A stretch of DNA of 64,000 bases from NCBI GenBank assembly GCA_965215015.1, contig OZ244042.1, positions 5,312,001 through 5,376,000 on the forward strand, written 5' to 3'. Both the position numbers and the translations under genes were made by a program. This document shows positions 11,401 to 21,629 of the stretch, one piece after another; position 1 is the stretch's first letter; each line of letters opens with the position of its first letter. The notes beneath the pieces were generated by a model. It was not told the DNA's origin, did no database searches, and was given only the letters and a program-made list of their open reading frames with translations. This stretch comes from Candidatus Poribacteria bacterium (lineage in GTDB: Bacteria; Poribacteria; WGA-4E; PCPOR2b).

Positions 11401-11456
11401 CCCCAATCGTTTCAGAGGCCTTAGGATTGGTTCAATTTGTCGAATATCAACAGGGT

Positions 11457-13097
11457 TTAGCCGAAGCGGGATCGGCGAGCCTCCATATTGGTGTGCACAT
11501 CGAGCAGTACCGTGCGACCGTCCGCGTTCAGTTGCTGCGCCTGCTCAAGTGCGGGAACCATTTCACTCGGTTTAACCACGGTGATGCCGACTGCCCCCAT
11601 GCCTTCAGCAATCTTGGCGTAATCGCCTGTCATTTCCGTTGTGCCAAATTGGTCGCGGGCCGTCGGATAGCCGCCTGGGTAGGTTGCCATTCCACCGTTA
11701 TTGAGGACAACGGTAGTGATGGGCGCATCAGCGCGAACAGAGGTTTCGATGTCTAAGCCGGACATACCAAAAGCGCCATCGCCCATGAAGTTCAAGCAGA
11801 ACTTATCGGGCTTTGCGATCTTCGCCCCAATCATCACCGGTATTCCGAAACCGAGGTGGGTGGTTTTGCCCCAACCGATGTAGCTGTGCGGCACCGTTCC
11901 GGGGTAGAAGGGCATGATTGAATCGCGCGGGGCACCGGCATCGTGGGTAACGATGCTGTTCTCCAAATCCATTGCCTTGACCATATCCCCAATCACACGG
12001 TATGTGTTAATGGGCTCTTCGTCGGAGGTGAGCAGGGAGTCCCACTCTGCCAGCCACGTTTTTTTGAGTTTGGCAATATCTGTGGCGACGTGCGTTTTGC
12101 CTTTTCTCCCGTTTTCGCCGAGTTGGGCTTTGGCTTCCTCAATCATAGCCTGCAACGTCAGCTTAGCATCACCGGGCAGTCCGATGTCAACGGAGAAGTC
12201 TTTGTTGATATCCTCAATACTTTCGGCGTTGTGGATGATGACCTTACCCTCCGGGATGGGTTGACCGTAATGGGTGCGGGTCATACTTGAGCCGATGGCG
12301 AATAGCACGTCCGATTCCTGTAACCACGTCCGTGCAGGGAGGGTGGTCGCGCCGCTCCCGGAGCCAACGGAGAGGGGATGACGCTCGTCGAAGGAGGATT
12401 TACCGGGCATCGTGCAGTACACCGGTATCTCGGTCAACTCAGCAAATTCTGTGAGTGCCTCGGTTGCCCCGGAGAGCAGCACCCCCATACCGGACCAGAT
12501 GACCGGTTTCTTCGCGTTTAGCAGTTCCTTAACGGCGTCTTTGATATCGCCGGGAGCTGGGATTTGAAGTGCTCGTTTCGGTGGCTTGTAGTTGAGCCCA
12601 TCGTCTGGGACTTCTTGCAGCCCAATGTCGCCCGGTGTCTCAACGATTACGGGCCCGGGGCGTCCATTCCGAAGCTGGTGGAAAGCCCGCCGCATGACGC
12701 TAGCAACTTGACTCGGTTTTGTAATGACTTCGCCATACTTTGATACTGTCTGATATGTGCGAACCGGTGAGAAGGAGGGACGGACCGCATACTCGTCAAT
12801 TGCGGGGCCGCCCGGCAGGTACAGAATTGGAACGTTGTCCGCAAAAGCCTGTGCGATACCGCCCATAGAGTTTTCCGCGCCGGGGCCGCCTTGTGTGATG
12901 ATGACGCCGAATTTATTACGGTTGTTGACACGGCTGTATCCATCAGCTGCCATAACGGCACCGCGTTCGTGCCGAAACATGACGGTCCGAATGCCTTCTT
13001 GAGCAGTCGCTTCGATGAGTTGATTGGAGGGGAAACAGGATATCCACTCAACGCCTTCGATTTTCAAGATTCGCGCTACGGCTTGTGTTGTGTCCAT
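11457..13097 (-). CDS. Thiamine pyrophosphate-requiring enzyme (acetolactate synthase-like)
   Basis: RHERGAVMAADGYSR, GPGAEN, RPGPV, GDGAF...LNNGG TPP-binding motif. Confidence 0.9.
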   Translation of the reverse strand: MDTTQAVARILKIEGVEWISCFPSNQLIEATAQEGIRTVMFRHERGAVMAADGYSRVNNRNKFGVIITQGGPGAENSMGGIAQAFADNVPILYLPGGPAIDEYAVRPSFSPVRTYQTVSKYGEVITKPSQVASVMRRAFHQLRNGRPGPVIVETPGDIGLQEVPDDGLNYKPPKRALQIPAPGDIKDAVKELLNAKKPVIWSGMGVLLSGATEALTEFAELTEIPVYCTMPGKSSFDERHPLSVGSGSGATTLPARTWLQESDVLFAIGSSMTRTHYGQPIPEGKVIIHNAESIEDINKDFSVDIGLPGDAKLTLQAMIEEAKAQLGENGRKGKTHVATDIAKLKKTWLAEWDSLLTSDEEPINTYRVIGDMVKAMDLENSIVTHDAGAPRDSIMPFYPGTVPHSYIGWGKTTHLGFGIPVMIGAKIAKPDKFCLNFMGDGAFGMSGLDIETSVRADAPITTVVLNNGGMATYPGGYPTARDQFGTTEMTGDYAKIAEGMGAVGITVVKPSEMVPALEQAQQLNADGRTVLLDVHTNMEARRSRFG

Positions 13098-13272
13098 CTA
13101 TAGGATTCTCCTTTGGTTGTTGGTTCATTGGTTTACGAGTTCATAGGTTCATTACACTCACTGGGTATTTCGTCGAGATATGAATCGTGATCTACAGGAA
13201 TAGGGGGTAGCTTGGGTTATTATAACGGATTCGCTATAGTTTCGCAAGCATTATGATTTCCGTTACGCATGC

Positions 13273-13301
13273 TTGACAACCCACGAGAAACTGGATAAAA
13301 T
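13273..13301 (+). promoter_or_regulatory. Sigma70-type promoter for the ECF sigma gene
   Basis: TTGACA-N17-TAAAAT. Confidence 0.6.
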
Positions 13302-13464
13302 AGACTTTGTATGCAGTTGTTCGGTTATGTATACAATCTGGTAATAGGTAACTACTGACTTTCCTGTATTTTCCCAAGGAATAATGCGTAATATTAGCAA
13401 TTTCTTTCTTACGCATTATTGCGTATTATTCTTTTGCGTCCCAACCTCTATATGGCTGAGAAAA

Positions 13465-14052
13465 TTGAACGACCAACACGTCTCTAGCGAAGCGCGATCC
13501 CATGACCTCAGTGACCATGCGCTTGTCCGCCGGTGTCAAGACGGTGACAAGCAAGCCATGGAAACCCTTATGCGCCAGTATCAGCAGTGGGTGTATAATG
13601 TCGCTTACGGGATACTCGCGAATCCTGAGGATGCCAGCGATGTGGCGCAGGATGTTTTTCTGTGGCTTTGGGAAAATATTGGACAGTTTCGATTCAAATC
13701 TCAGTTTTCGACGTGGCTCTACCGGATTGTTACTAACAGGTGTCTCAATTTGAAAGATCAGCGGCAGAGGCGTAAGACCGATCCGATGGAGATTGATGAC
13801 TCGCAGCCGTGGGTGCCGCTCGACACGACCACCCCGGAAAGTACGGTCTTGTTGGCGGAACAACGGGAGCTTTTGCAAAAGGCACTTGCTGCCCTCAAAG
13901 ATGATTACCGAAAGATACTGATTCTTCGCGAAATGCAGGATTTGTCCTATGAGGAGTTGGCAGAGGTGCTCGGTTGCTCTGTCGGGCGTGTTAGATCACG
14001 GTTGCATGAAGCGCGTCAGGCGTTGCGAAAGGCGATACAACGGCTTGAGTGA
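13465..14052 (+). CDS. ECF RNA polymerase sigma factor (RpoE/SigW-like)
   Basis: DASDVAQDVFL, FSTWLYRIVTN, LSYEELAEVLGCSVGRVRSRLHEAR. Start uncertain (TTG 13465 vs ATG 13384). Confidence 0.9.
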   Translation: MNDQHVSSEARSHDLSDHALVRRCQDGDKQAMETLMRQYQQWVYNVAYGILANPEDASDVAQDVFLWLWENIGQFRFKSQFSTWLYRIVTNRCLNLKDQRQRRKTDPMEIDDSQPWVPLDTTTPESTVLLAEQRELLQKALAALKDDYRKILILREMQDLSYEELAEVLGCSVGRVRSRLHEARQALRKAIQRLE

Positions 14053-14315
14053 TGTGTAAGCGTGAAACGTGAGAAGAAACCGTTCGCCGCGCTGGGGCTG
14101 TGTTGGTTCATTGGACCGATGCTTCATCAAGGATTCAGGGATTTAACCGGATAGAAGTTGTGAAGTGCTGTTATAGATTTATTATTTCGACGAGGCTTTG
14201 CAGGTGGTGCTAGGAGCCCAACCTGCAAATTATGGAGAAGGTTGGGGCGGGCGAGGAAGCCCGACCTACCAGCTGGCGAAATATGCCGTTACATCAACCT
14301 GAAAGGATTTCTGTC

Positions 14316-15071
14316 ATGTCATTTCCACTTGCCTACAGTGCCCTCCGTTGGGAAACACCTAATTTGGAACAGACGTTGGTACAGCTCCGAGAGGCTGGCT
14401 GGGACGGTTGGGAAGCCCGTCAGTCGCTCGATTGGCTCGGTTCTGCGCGTCGCGTTACTCAGATTTGCGACGCCGTTGGTATACGGGTCGCTGCGATTTG
14501 TGGTCCGAATGTTACGCTCGACGTGGCGCATCCAACCCATGAAATTAACAAGCGGCGGATTGAGTTCGCCTCGGACCTTGAGGTGCCTACCTTTATGACC
14601 AAGGGACCGGGACGGCTCGACAGCGAGACTACAGACCTCGATCTAGATCGGATGGCGGCTGTCTATGAGGATCTCGCTGCTTATGGCGAACCGCTCGGTG
14701 TTACTGTTACCTTCCACCCACATACGGGCCATCTGGTGGACAGTGCCGATGAGTGGAAGCGATTTATGATGCGTCTCGAGCGGTGCCGTCTCTGTCTCGA
14801 TATGTCTCATGCTGTTCACTGGGGCTATGACCCCATTGCGGCGGTTTACGACTATCGGAATCGTATCTCCTATGTCCATCTCCACGACTATAAGGATGGT
14901 GGCAACGTCGAGCTCGGTGAAGGGCTCATGTGCGACTATCCCGCTTTTCTGAGGGCACTGGAAGATGTTGGCTACAACGATTGGATAACCGCCTGCCCGG
15001 GAGCGACGGAGCGTACTGACGAAGCGAAGATGCGAATTAATCGTGCTTACCTGAAAAGCATAGGCTATTGA
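14316..15071 (+). CDS. Sugar phosphate isomerase/epimerase (IolE-like TIM barrel)
   Basis: FHPHTG, CLDMSH, YVHLHD, ELGEG. GAAAGGA RBS before ATG 14316. Confidence 0.8.
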   Translation: MSFPLAYSALRWETPNLEQTLVQLREAGWDGWEARQSLDWLGSARRVTQICDAVGIRVAAICGPNVTLDVAHPTHEINKRRIEFASDLEVPTFMTKGPGRLDSETTDLDLDRMAAVYEDLAAYGEPLGVTVTFHPHTGHLVDSADEWKRFMMRLERCRLCLDMSHAVHWGYDPIAAVYDYRNRISYVHLHDYKDGGNVELGEGLMCDYPAFLRALEDVGYNDWITACPGATERTDEAKMRINRAYLKSIGY

Positions 15072-15220
15072 TGTTGGTTCGTTGATGTGATTGGAGTCGT
15101 ACGATTCGACGTGCAGTGATTGGCGCAATGGTTACGGCATACGGCGTATGCCTACAACTTTTACTGGATTAGTTCACCTGTCTCTATTTCTCTTTTGACA
15201 TAAGGAAGGAACGAAGTCAC

Positions 15221-17692
15221 GTGCCCCGACCGGCTCTCCGCACCCTCGTTCCCTATGCGCTCGGCGTTTTTATTGGGGGGTTCTTGCCAATTCCACTCTT
15301 TTGGATTTGGTTGATTGGACTCACCTGCCTCATCGGCGGCGTTGGGTTATTCTATCTGCGGAAAGCGGAGGCTCATACAGCGAGAATAGGTTGGGTGCTC
15401 CTATTGGGGGCACTCTGTGCTTGTGGCATGTTCCGTCTGAAGGTTGTGCTGACTTCACCCATCCCTCTAGATTTCTATGATCAGCGGGTACATTTTTCCG
15501 GGGCAATGGCGTATCAGCCGGAGCGGGGAGAGCAGTGGGAGGCAGGGTATGCGCGTGGGACTATCCGCCCGGTCGGAAATTCAGATTTAGCGGTGAAGGC
15601 TAAACTCCTGATCCGATTCCGCGAACCGATCCCTTTGCGCTATGGTGATCGGATTGAAGTTGGAGGGGTGTTGCGGCGTCCAAATGGGCAACGCAATCCG
15701 GGGGGCTTCGATTACCGTTTCTATCTCGCCCGTCGGCAGGTGTTCGGGATTCTGCAGCTGCATCGAGGTCAGGAGATTGTCCCGACGGGTCGATCCGGTT
15801 TTCCGCTATTACACTGGACGGAAGGGTTGCGCCGGCGGGTGGAGGCCGTTATTGATGCGGCGTATCGCGAACATCGGATTCACTCTCAAGTGCTCAAGGG
15901 GATGTTCCTTGGACAGCGAAGCGGATTATCACCCGATATTCTTGACGCATTCCGCAATAGTGGGAGCATACATATTCTTGCGGTGTCGGGGTTGCACGTT
16001 GGACTGATTGCGACTGTCTGCTTTTTCGGTTTTTCGCTTCTGCACCTCCCTCGAAAAACCACTGACCTGCTGACGATTGCTGCTGTGATTCTCTATGCCT
16101 GCCTTGTCGGTTTTCGCCCGTCCGTTTTCCGTGCCTCGCTGATGGCGGTTATCTTTCTAATATCACGGATTATAGAGCGAGATCGGGATCTATTCAATCT
16201 GCTTGCGTTTGCTGCGTTCGTTTTGTTGCTGATCAATCCGGCGCAGCTGTGGGACGTCGGCTTCCAACTCTCTTTCGGCGCGGTGGCAGCTATCCTTTAT
16301 CTGGCCCCTAAGTGGGAGCATTTTATTGGACATATCGTTGGTCTCGGTCGAATTGCCCCAAAGGTAGATTTCGATAGCACGATGCCCTCTCGCGCTGCAT
16401 GGGGCCGAGCGGTGTGGTGGTTGGTGATGGGGTTTGGGGTGACGTTATCCGCACAGGTGGGTACAACTTTAATCATCGCATGGCACTTTCATCGGATTTA
16501 CCCGATGGGTCTCGTTGTAGGACCCTTTACTGTCGGCCTCGCCGCGGTTCTGGTCAACATTACGTTGGTCTCGGTCCTGCTCGGCTTAATCTGGTTGCCA
16601 CTTGCGATGCCGTTTGTTTATGCCAACCACTTTATCCTCCTGATCTTTCTGAGTCTGATCAAATTTTTCGGTCAATCGTGGACAGTGTTGAAGACGCCAA
16701 CGCCAAGTTTCGGTTTTATTATTCTTTACATCGCGGGTTGTCTCGCAGTTGTGCACTGGGTTTGGGTGTGGATACACCGAAAGAAGGCTATGGTGATTGG
16801 GTTGATAGTCCTGTCAATCTGGATCTGGGACACCGCTTGGCGTGAGCGGGGCAGGTTGTTAGATATTACGTTCCTTGATGTTGGGCAGGGGGACGCGGCA
16901 TTTGTCCGGTTTCCTGACGGAAAGACCATGCTGGTCGATGGGGGCCGCAATTCATCGAGGATTGAAGTGACTGAAGAGGGAATCACGATCCGGGTGGGTT
17001 ATGACCATGGGGAGCGGACACTTGACCCGTTTTTATGCCACGAAGGGGTTTTTAGGCTAGACCTGCTCCTTTTAAGCCATCCCGACAATGACCATGGGGG
17101 TGGGTTTGCGCACATTTTGCGCGGGTTTGGTGTCGAGCGGGTGTTGGGAGTGCCCCATCAGGATTTGCACCGTTCAACGCACCGCATCCTACATGAAATT
17201 GTTGATGCGAAGGGTATTCCCCATGAGCTTGGTTATGCTGGATCAATTAACCTGACTCCTACGGCGCGATTGGAGTTGCTGCACCCATTTGACGCAGCCT
17301 CGACAAATCTGCACGATAGGGATGTCAACAACGATTCACTTGTTCTGAAGGTGACTTATGGTGACGTGCGAATTTTGTTCACAGGAGACATCAGACGAAA
17401 GGTGGAATTGAGATTGGTTGAATTGGGAGAAGATTTAGCTGCAGAGATTATTAAGGTGCCCCATCACGGGAGTAAAACCTCGAGCAGCGCGGAATTCCTC
17501 GATGCTGTGCGTCCTCAATACGCGATTTTCTCGGTGGGGCAACGGAATCGATACCGTTTTCCGTCTGAGATGGTCCTCGAACGTTATCGAGAGCGGGGGA
17601 GCCGTATAATGCGGACGGATCAGCTGGGGGCTATCCGGTTGCGAACCGATGGACGGCGGTGTTGGATTACGCATCATGTGGAAGAGCCGTGA
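15221..17692 (+). CDS. comEC: DNA internalization competence protein ComEC/Rec2
   Basis: RNPGGFDY, HILAVSGLHVG, PSVFRA, GFQLSF, FLDVGQGDA, SHPDNDHGGG, KVPHHGS. Confidence 0.95.
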   Translation: MPRPALRTLVPYALGVFIGGFLPIPLFWIWLIGLTCLIGGVGLFYLRKAEAHTARIGWVLLLGALCACGMFRLKVVLTSPIPLDFYDQRVHFSGAMAYQPERGEQWEAGYARGTIRPVGNSDLAVKAKLLIRFREPIPLRYGDRIEVGGVLRRPNGQRNPGGFDYRFYLARRQVFGILQLHRGQEIVPTGRSGFPLLHWTEGLRRRVEAVIDAAYREHRIHSQVLKGMFLGQRSGLSPDILDAFRNSGSIHILAVSGLHVGLIATVCFFGFSLLHLPRKTTDLLTIAAVILYACLVGFRPSVFRASLMAVIFLISRIIERDRDLFNLLAFAAFVLLLINPAQLWDVGFQLSFGAVAAILYLAPKWEHFIGHIVGLGRIAPKVDFDSTMPSRAAWGRAVWWLVMGFGVTLSAQVGTTLIIAWHFHRIYPMGLVVGPFTVGLAAVLVNITLVSVLLGLIWLPLAMPFVYANHFILLIFLSLIKFFGQSWTVLKTPTPSFGFIILYIAGCLAVVHWVWVWIHRKKAMVIGLIVLSIWIWDTAWRERGRLLDITFLDVGQGDAAFVRFPDGKTMLVDGGRNSSRIEVTEEGITIRVGYDHGERTLDPFLCHEGVFRLDLLLLSHPDNDHGGGFAHILRGFGVERVLGVPHQDLHRSTHRILHEIVDAKGIPHELGYAGSINLTPTARLELLHPFDAASTNLHDRDVNNDSLVLKVTYGDVRILFTGDIRRKVELRLVELGEDLAAEIIKVPHHGSKTSSSAEFLDAVRPQYAIFSVGQRNRYRFPSEMVLERYRERGSRIMRTDQLGAIRLRTDGRRCWITHHVEEP

Positions 17693-17749
17693 GATAGGGG
17701 TCGCAGAAACCCCTTGCAATGCTGTGGGTTTGTGTGATACTATCGCAGC

Positions 17750-17785
17750 GTACCCCCCCTAACCCCCCCGCAAGCAGGGGGGAAT
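17750..17785. repeat. Single C/G-rich palindromic repeat copy
   Basis: TACCCCCCCTAACCCCCCCGCAAGCAGGGGGGAA, as at 2821. Confidence 0.8.
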
Positions 17786-17917
17786 TTGCAAGCCGAGGGA
17801 GGAGGCAACCTGTAAGGAGGGGAGGGGGTAAGTGTGAGGTAGAAAACTCACCAGGGGAAATCAAAAAACAACGCTCCCGCAAGTAAATGATACGATGACA
17901 ATTGTGGAGGTAACCGT

Positions 17918-19318
17918 ATGAGCCTGAAAATAGAGTTAAAAAATCTTGGTATCTTGAAGCAGGCGGAATTTTCGCTGGGGGATTTGACCCTTATCTGCGG
18001 GAAAAATAACACCGGCAAAACCTATGCAGCCTATGCACTGTACGGTTTCTTGGATTCTTGGCGTGGACTGATTGATTTCGGGGTAAGTAATGATCAAATC
18101 CAACACCTGCTTACAGATGGTGGCATCGAAATTGAATTGGGAGGATATGCCGAAAGGGCGGATCGGCTGCTTGCAGAGGCGTGTCAACGATATACCGATC
18201 AACTGGATAGAATGGTTTTTGCGGCAACTGAAGGCCGGTTCCGTAACAGCGAATTCCACATCCAGATAGGAGCAATTGACATACGCGATAAAGAATTCAA
18301 ACGCGAAATGGGAATTGCTCAAGAGCAGCTTCTTAGCTATTCAAAGGAAAAGTATAGTGAACAACTCGCGGTAAGTTTGGTGGTAAAAAGAGACGAGGAG
18401 AGAGAAATTAATCCTTCTTTTATAGGAGAAACTATTAACTTTATTATCGGTTACGCTATTTTTTCCGATTTTTTGCCCCTTCCTTTTATTTCGTCAGTTG
18501 AGCGCACCGGAGTCGCTATTTTTCGACGGAAACTCGAATTTGCTCGGAACCGCCTGCATGAGGAAATAGGAAGAGTGAACCCAAAGATTAATCTTCAGGA
18601 GCTATTCTTCAAGGCATACCAAAGTTACCCTGTGCCGATAGAAAACGGTGTGGATTTTATGCACAACCTTGAAGATATTTCACAAAGACAAAGTTTTATC
18701 GGCAAAGAACACCCCGAAGTATTGAACGATTTCGCTGACATTATTGGTGGTGAGTACAACATAACACAAAATGACCAACTTTACTATATCCCCAAAGGAA
18801 CGCGGATCAAATTGACGATGGTTGAAAGTTCAAGTGCTGTGCGTTCACTTGTCGATATCGGTTTTTATTTGCATCATGTCGCCCAAAAGGGGGACCTGCT
18901 TATGGTAGATAAGCCGGAGCTAAACCTACATCCGGAAAATCAGCGCCGCATTGCCCGACTGTTTGCGCGTTTGGTGAATTTGGGCGTTAAGGTCTTTATC
19001 ACCACCCATAGCGATTACATCGTCAAAGAATTGAACACTCTCATCATGCTCAATCACGATAAGTCACACCTGAAAAAAATTGCCAAAGATAACGGTTATG
19101 ATATAGATGTTGAGGGGATCAACGCTACCCAGGTCAAGGTCTATACAGCCGAAGAAGCGTTGATGCCGTTACAGGAAGGACAAAAGAGGCGTAGAAGGGG
19201 ACACACGCTCGAGCCTGCGGATATCCATCCAGAGCTCGGCATTAAAGCCCCCAGTTTTGACGATACCATCAATGAGATGAATAGGATTCAGAGAGATATT
19301 GTATGGGGTGCGGAGTAA
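17918..19318 (+). CDS. ABC-type (AAA_15/AAA_21-like) ATPase with non-canonical Walker B
   Basis: Walker A GKNNTGKT, degenerate signature SSSAVRS, Walker B/D-loop MVDKPELNLHP, H-loop ITTHS. Confidence 0.85.
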   Translation: MSLKIELKNLGILKQAEFSLGDLTLICGKNNTGKTYAAYALYGFLDSWRGLIDFGVSNDQIQHLLTDGGIEIELGGYAERADRLLAEACQRYTDQLDRMVFAATEGRFRNSEFHIQIGAIDIRDKEFKREMGIAQEQLLSYSKEKYSEQLAVSLVVKRDEEREINPSFIGETINFIIGYAIFSDFLPLPFISSVERTGVAIFRRKLEFARNRLHEEIGRVNPKINLQELFFKAYQSYPVPIENGVDFMHNLEDISQRQSFIGKEHPEVLNDFADIIGGEYNITQNDQLYYIPKGTRIKLTMVESSSAVRSLVDIGFYLHHVAQKGDLLMVDKPELNLHPENQRRIARLFARLVNLGVKVFITTHSDYIVKELNTLIMLNHDKSHLKKIAKDNGYDIDVEGINATQVKVYTAEEALMPLQEGQKRRRRGHTLEPADIHPELGIKAPSFDDTINEMNRIQRDIVWGAE

Positions 19319-19322
19319 GACC

Positions 19323-19880
19323 GTGAACGATATTGAAATATTGAAAGAAATGCTTAGCTGTAAGGTCCGGGTTGAGTTACAACAGGGGGCTAGCAAACGC
19401 CCCTCTGTCAAACTAAGAGACGAGCAATCCAAGGTGATTGTAGAAATAGAAAACCTTCCTCAAAACTCAATTGTGATCAGACCGGAGGCCTTTCTATTTA
19501 GATATGCTGTCTTTGCGGGTTTAAAGGGCGAGCGCAAACGGGCTGATTTCGTGATTGTATCCAACGAAGGCACAAGAAAATGGATCGTTTTTATCGAGAT
19601 TAAAAAGGGTGGGATAGGCGGGGAAAGGAGAGAGAGAGTTATTGCACAATTACGAGGCGCCCAGTGTATTATGGATTACTGCAAATCTATAGGAAGGGAG
19701 TTCTGGGCAGCAAAAGGGTTTCTCGGAGGCTATAACTACCGATTTGTAGGCATCGTAGATATTAACAACATTAACAAGGAACCAACACACCCCTTTCAGT
19801 CCCAAGGAAAGCATAACCGCCCTGATGTCTTTCTGCCAATTTCAGGAAGGCAGAATCTTTATTTCTACGAGCTGACCTGA
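19323..19880 (+). CDS. Hypothetical protein with PD-(D/E)xK nuclease-like motif
   Basis: KRADFVIV...IVFIEIKKG...VIAQL. GTG start 4 nt after the ATPase stop. Confidence 0.65.
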   Translation: MNDIEILKEMLSCKVRVELQQGASKRPSVKLRDEQSKVIVEIENLPQNSIVIRPEAFLFRYAVFAGLKGERKRADFVIVSNEGTRKWIVFIEIKKGGIGGERRERVIAQLRGAQCIMDYCKSIGREFWAAKGFLGGYNYRFVGIVDINNINKEPTHPFQSQGKHNRPDVFLPISGRQNLYFYELT

Positions 19881-20091
19881 TGAGGTATCTTGATGGCACT
19901 ACATCCCAGTATTTGATGAGGCATCGAAAGATGCTATGACTCTTGCGCTATAGTCGTGGCTCAACCTACCAGGACAGTTACACAGCAGGATTTGGTGTTT
20001 CCTTCAAACGTTCAACTGCGTAAATCTTAAAGTGTTAAACTTTGTTAAATGACATTGCAGATATAAAAATATACATAGAACGGAGAAATTC

Positions 20092-21375
20092 ATGGGTCAG
20101 TCGAGTTCAAAACTTATTTTGGCAGGGTGGTTAGCAGACGGTCTTGGTGGCGAAGCCAAGGCCGATCAGGCGATTCTAGTGACGGGTGATTGCATCACTG
20201 CTGTGGGACCGCGGGAGGCGATTCAGCGGCAAACGCCGCCGGACGCCGATCAGATTGACCTGAGTCGTTTTTGTGTGACGCCAGGGTTGATTGATGGGCA
20301 CACGCATCTGAGTCTGGCGGGTGATGGGCGTAGCTATGTTGAGATGTTCACCGAGACTGATGAGATGATGGTGCTCACGGGGGCAATGAATTTGCGGCGT
20401 CATTTGGCTGCCGGTATCACTACCATCCGCGAACACGGTGCGCGCAATCGGGTGGGATTTACGCTCAAGGAGGGGCTTGGTCGCGGCTACATTTCGGGCC
20501 CTCGTATGCTTGTGAGCGGGCGACCTATCACCTGTACCGGCGGGCATTTCCACATGTGCAATGAGGTCGCGGATGGCGAGGCAGAGATGCGCCGTTCTGT
20601 CCGCCGCTTGGTGCACGAAGGCGCGGATTACATCAAAATTATGGCTTCTGGGGGTGGCACCGCAGGCACGATTCCCGGTCGTGCGAGTTATACCGTTGCG
20701 GAACTCCATGCCGCCGCCCACGAGGCGCATCACTTTCACCGTTTAACGGCGGCGCATTGTCGCGCGAAAGAGTCAATGGTGCGAGCGGTTGAGGCGGGTA
20801 TTGATTTGATGGAGCACGCGGAATTTCTGGATCCGGATGACCAACTGCGTTTCGATCCGAAGATTGCTGAGATGATGGCAGAATCAGGTATCTGGATCAG
20901 CCCAACGCTTCAGGCGTGGACGGGTTATCCTGCGATTGTCAGGCTCACGGCCCAGCGGGATGCGGGTACAATTTCGCCCGAAGGCGAAGCGGATTTGAGA
21001 CGACTTGAGGAGCGGGCGGAGGTGCGCTTGGATGTGATGCGGCGTATGTTGGACTACGGTATGCGGGATCGGATTGTACCGGGTACGGACTCCGGCGTCG
21101 GCGACCTTGCCTTTGGACATATAGATTACGATTTGCAGTTACTGGTTCGTGTTGGCTTTACGCCTGCCGAGGCCCTTGTTTCTGCCACCAGTATCTCCGC
21201 TGCAGCAATCGGTATGGGGGGCGAGATTGGTGTGATCGCGCCGGGCAGGGTTGCGGATCTTGCTGCCTTCGACGGTGATCCAACTGTCGATGTTTCGGCT
21301 TTCAGTCGTGTGGTAGCGGTGTTTCAGAGGGGTCAGTGTGTCCGAATGGACCCAGAAGGTTCATCGGTTCATTGA
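20092..21375 (+). CDS. Amidohydrolase family protein (prolidase-like)
   Basis: PGLIDGHTHL, GITTIRE, TGGH, IKIMASGG, AAHC, MEHA, GTDSG, ADLAAFDGDP. Confidence 0.9.
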   Translation: MGQSSSKLILAGWLADGLGGEAKADQAILVTGDCITAVGPREAIQRQTPPDADQIDLSRFCVTPGLIDGHTHLSLAGDGRSYVEMFTETDEMMVLTGAMNLRRHLAAGITTIREHGARNRVGFTLKEGLGRGYISGPRMLVSGRPITCTGGHFHMCNEVADGEAEMRRSVRRLVHEGADYIKIMASGGGTAGTIPGRASYTVAELHAAAHEAHHFHRLTAAHCRAKESMVRAVEAGIDLMEHAEFLDPDDQLRFDPKIAEMMAESGIWISPTLQAWTGYPAIVRLTAQRDAGTISPEGEADLRRLEERAEVRLDVMRRMLDYGMRDRIVPGTDSGVGDLAFGHIDYDLQLLVRVGFTPAEALVSATSISAAAIGMGGEIGVIAPGRVADLAAFDGDPTVDVSAFSRVVAVFQRGQCVRMDPEGSSVH

Positions 21376-21629
21376 ATTGACGAACATTAATACCAGGTTC
21401 CTGATAGATTGGGATTTTCAACTTGTCGGTCGAGATTCGTATCTCGACATTAAAATGTCAATTTTGGAAAATCGACCTACTTAACGGGCGGCCCCTCCGA
21501 CAGAAAAACTAATGGTTGATGGAAGGATTTGGCTGACGGATTGGAAAAATGGCGAATATCTTGCAATCTGATTCCATTGTCAAATTGGGCTTTGATCTCG
21601 GGCGCGTAAAACGATAGGAGAAATTGGAG

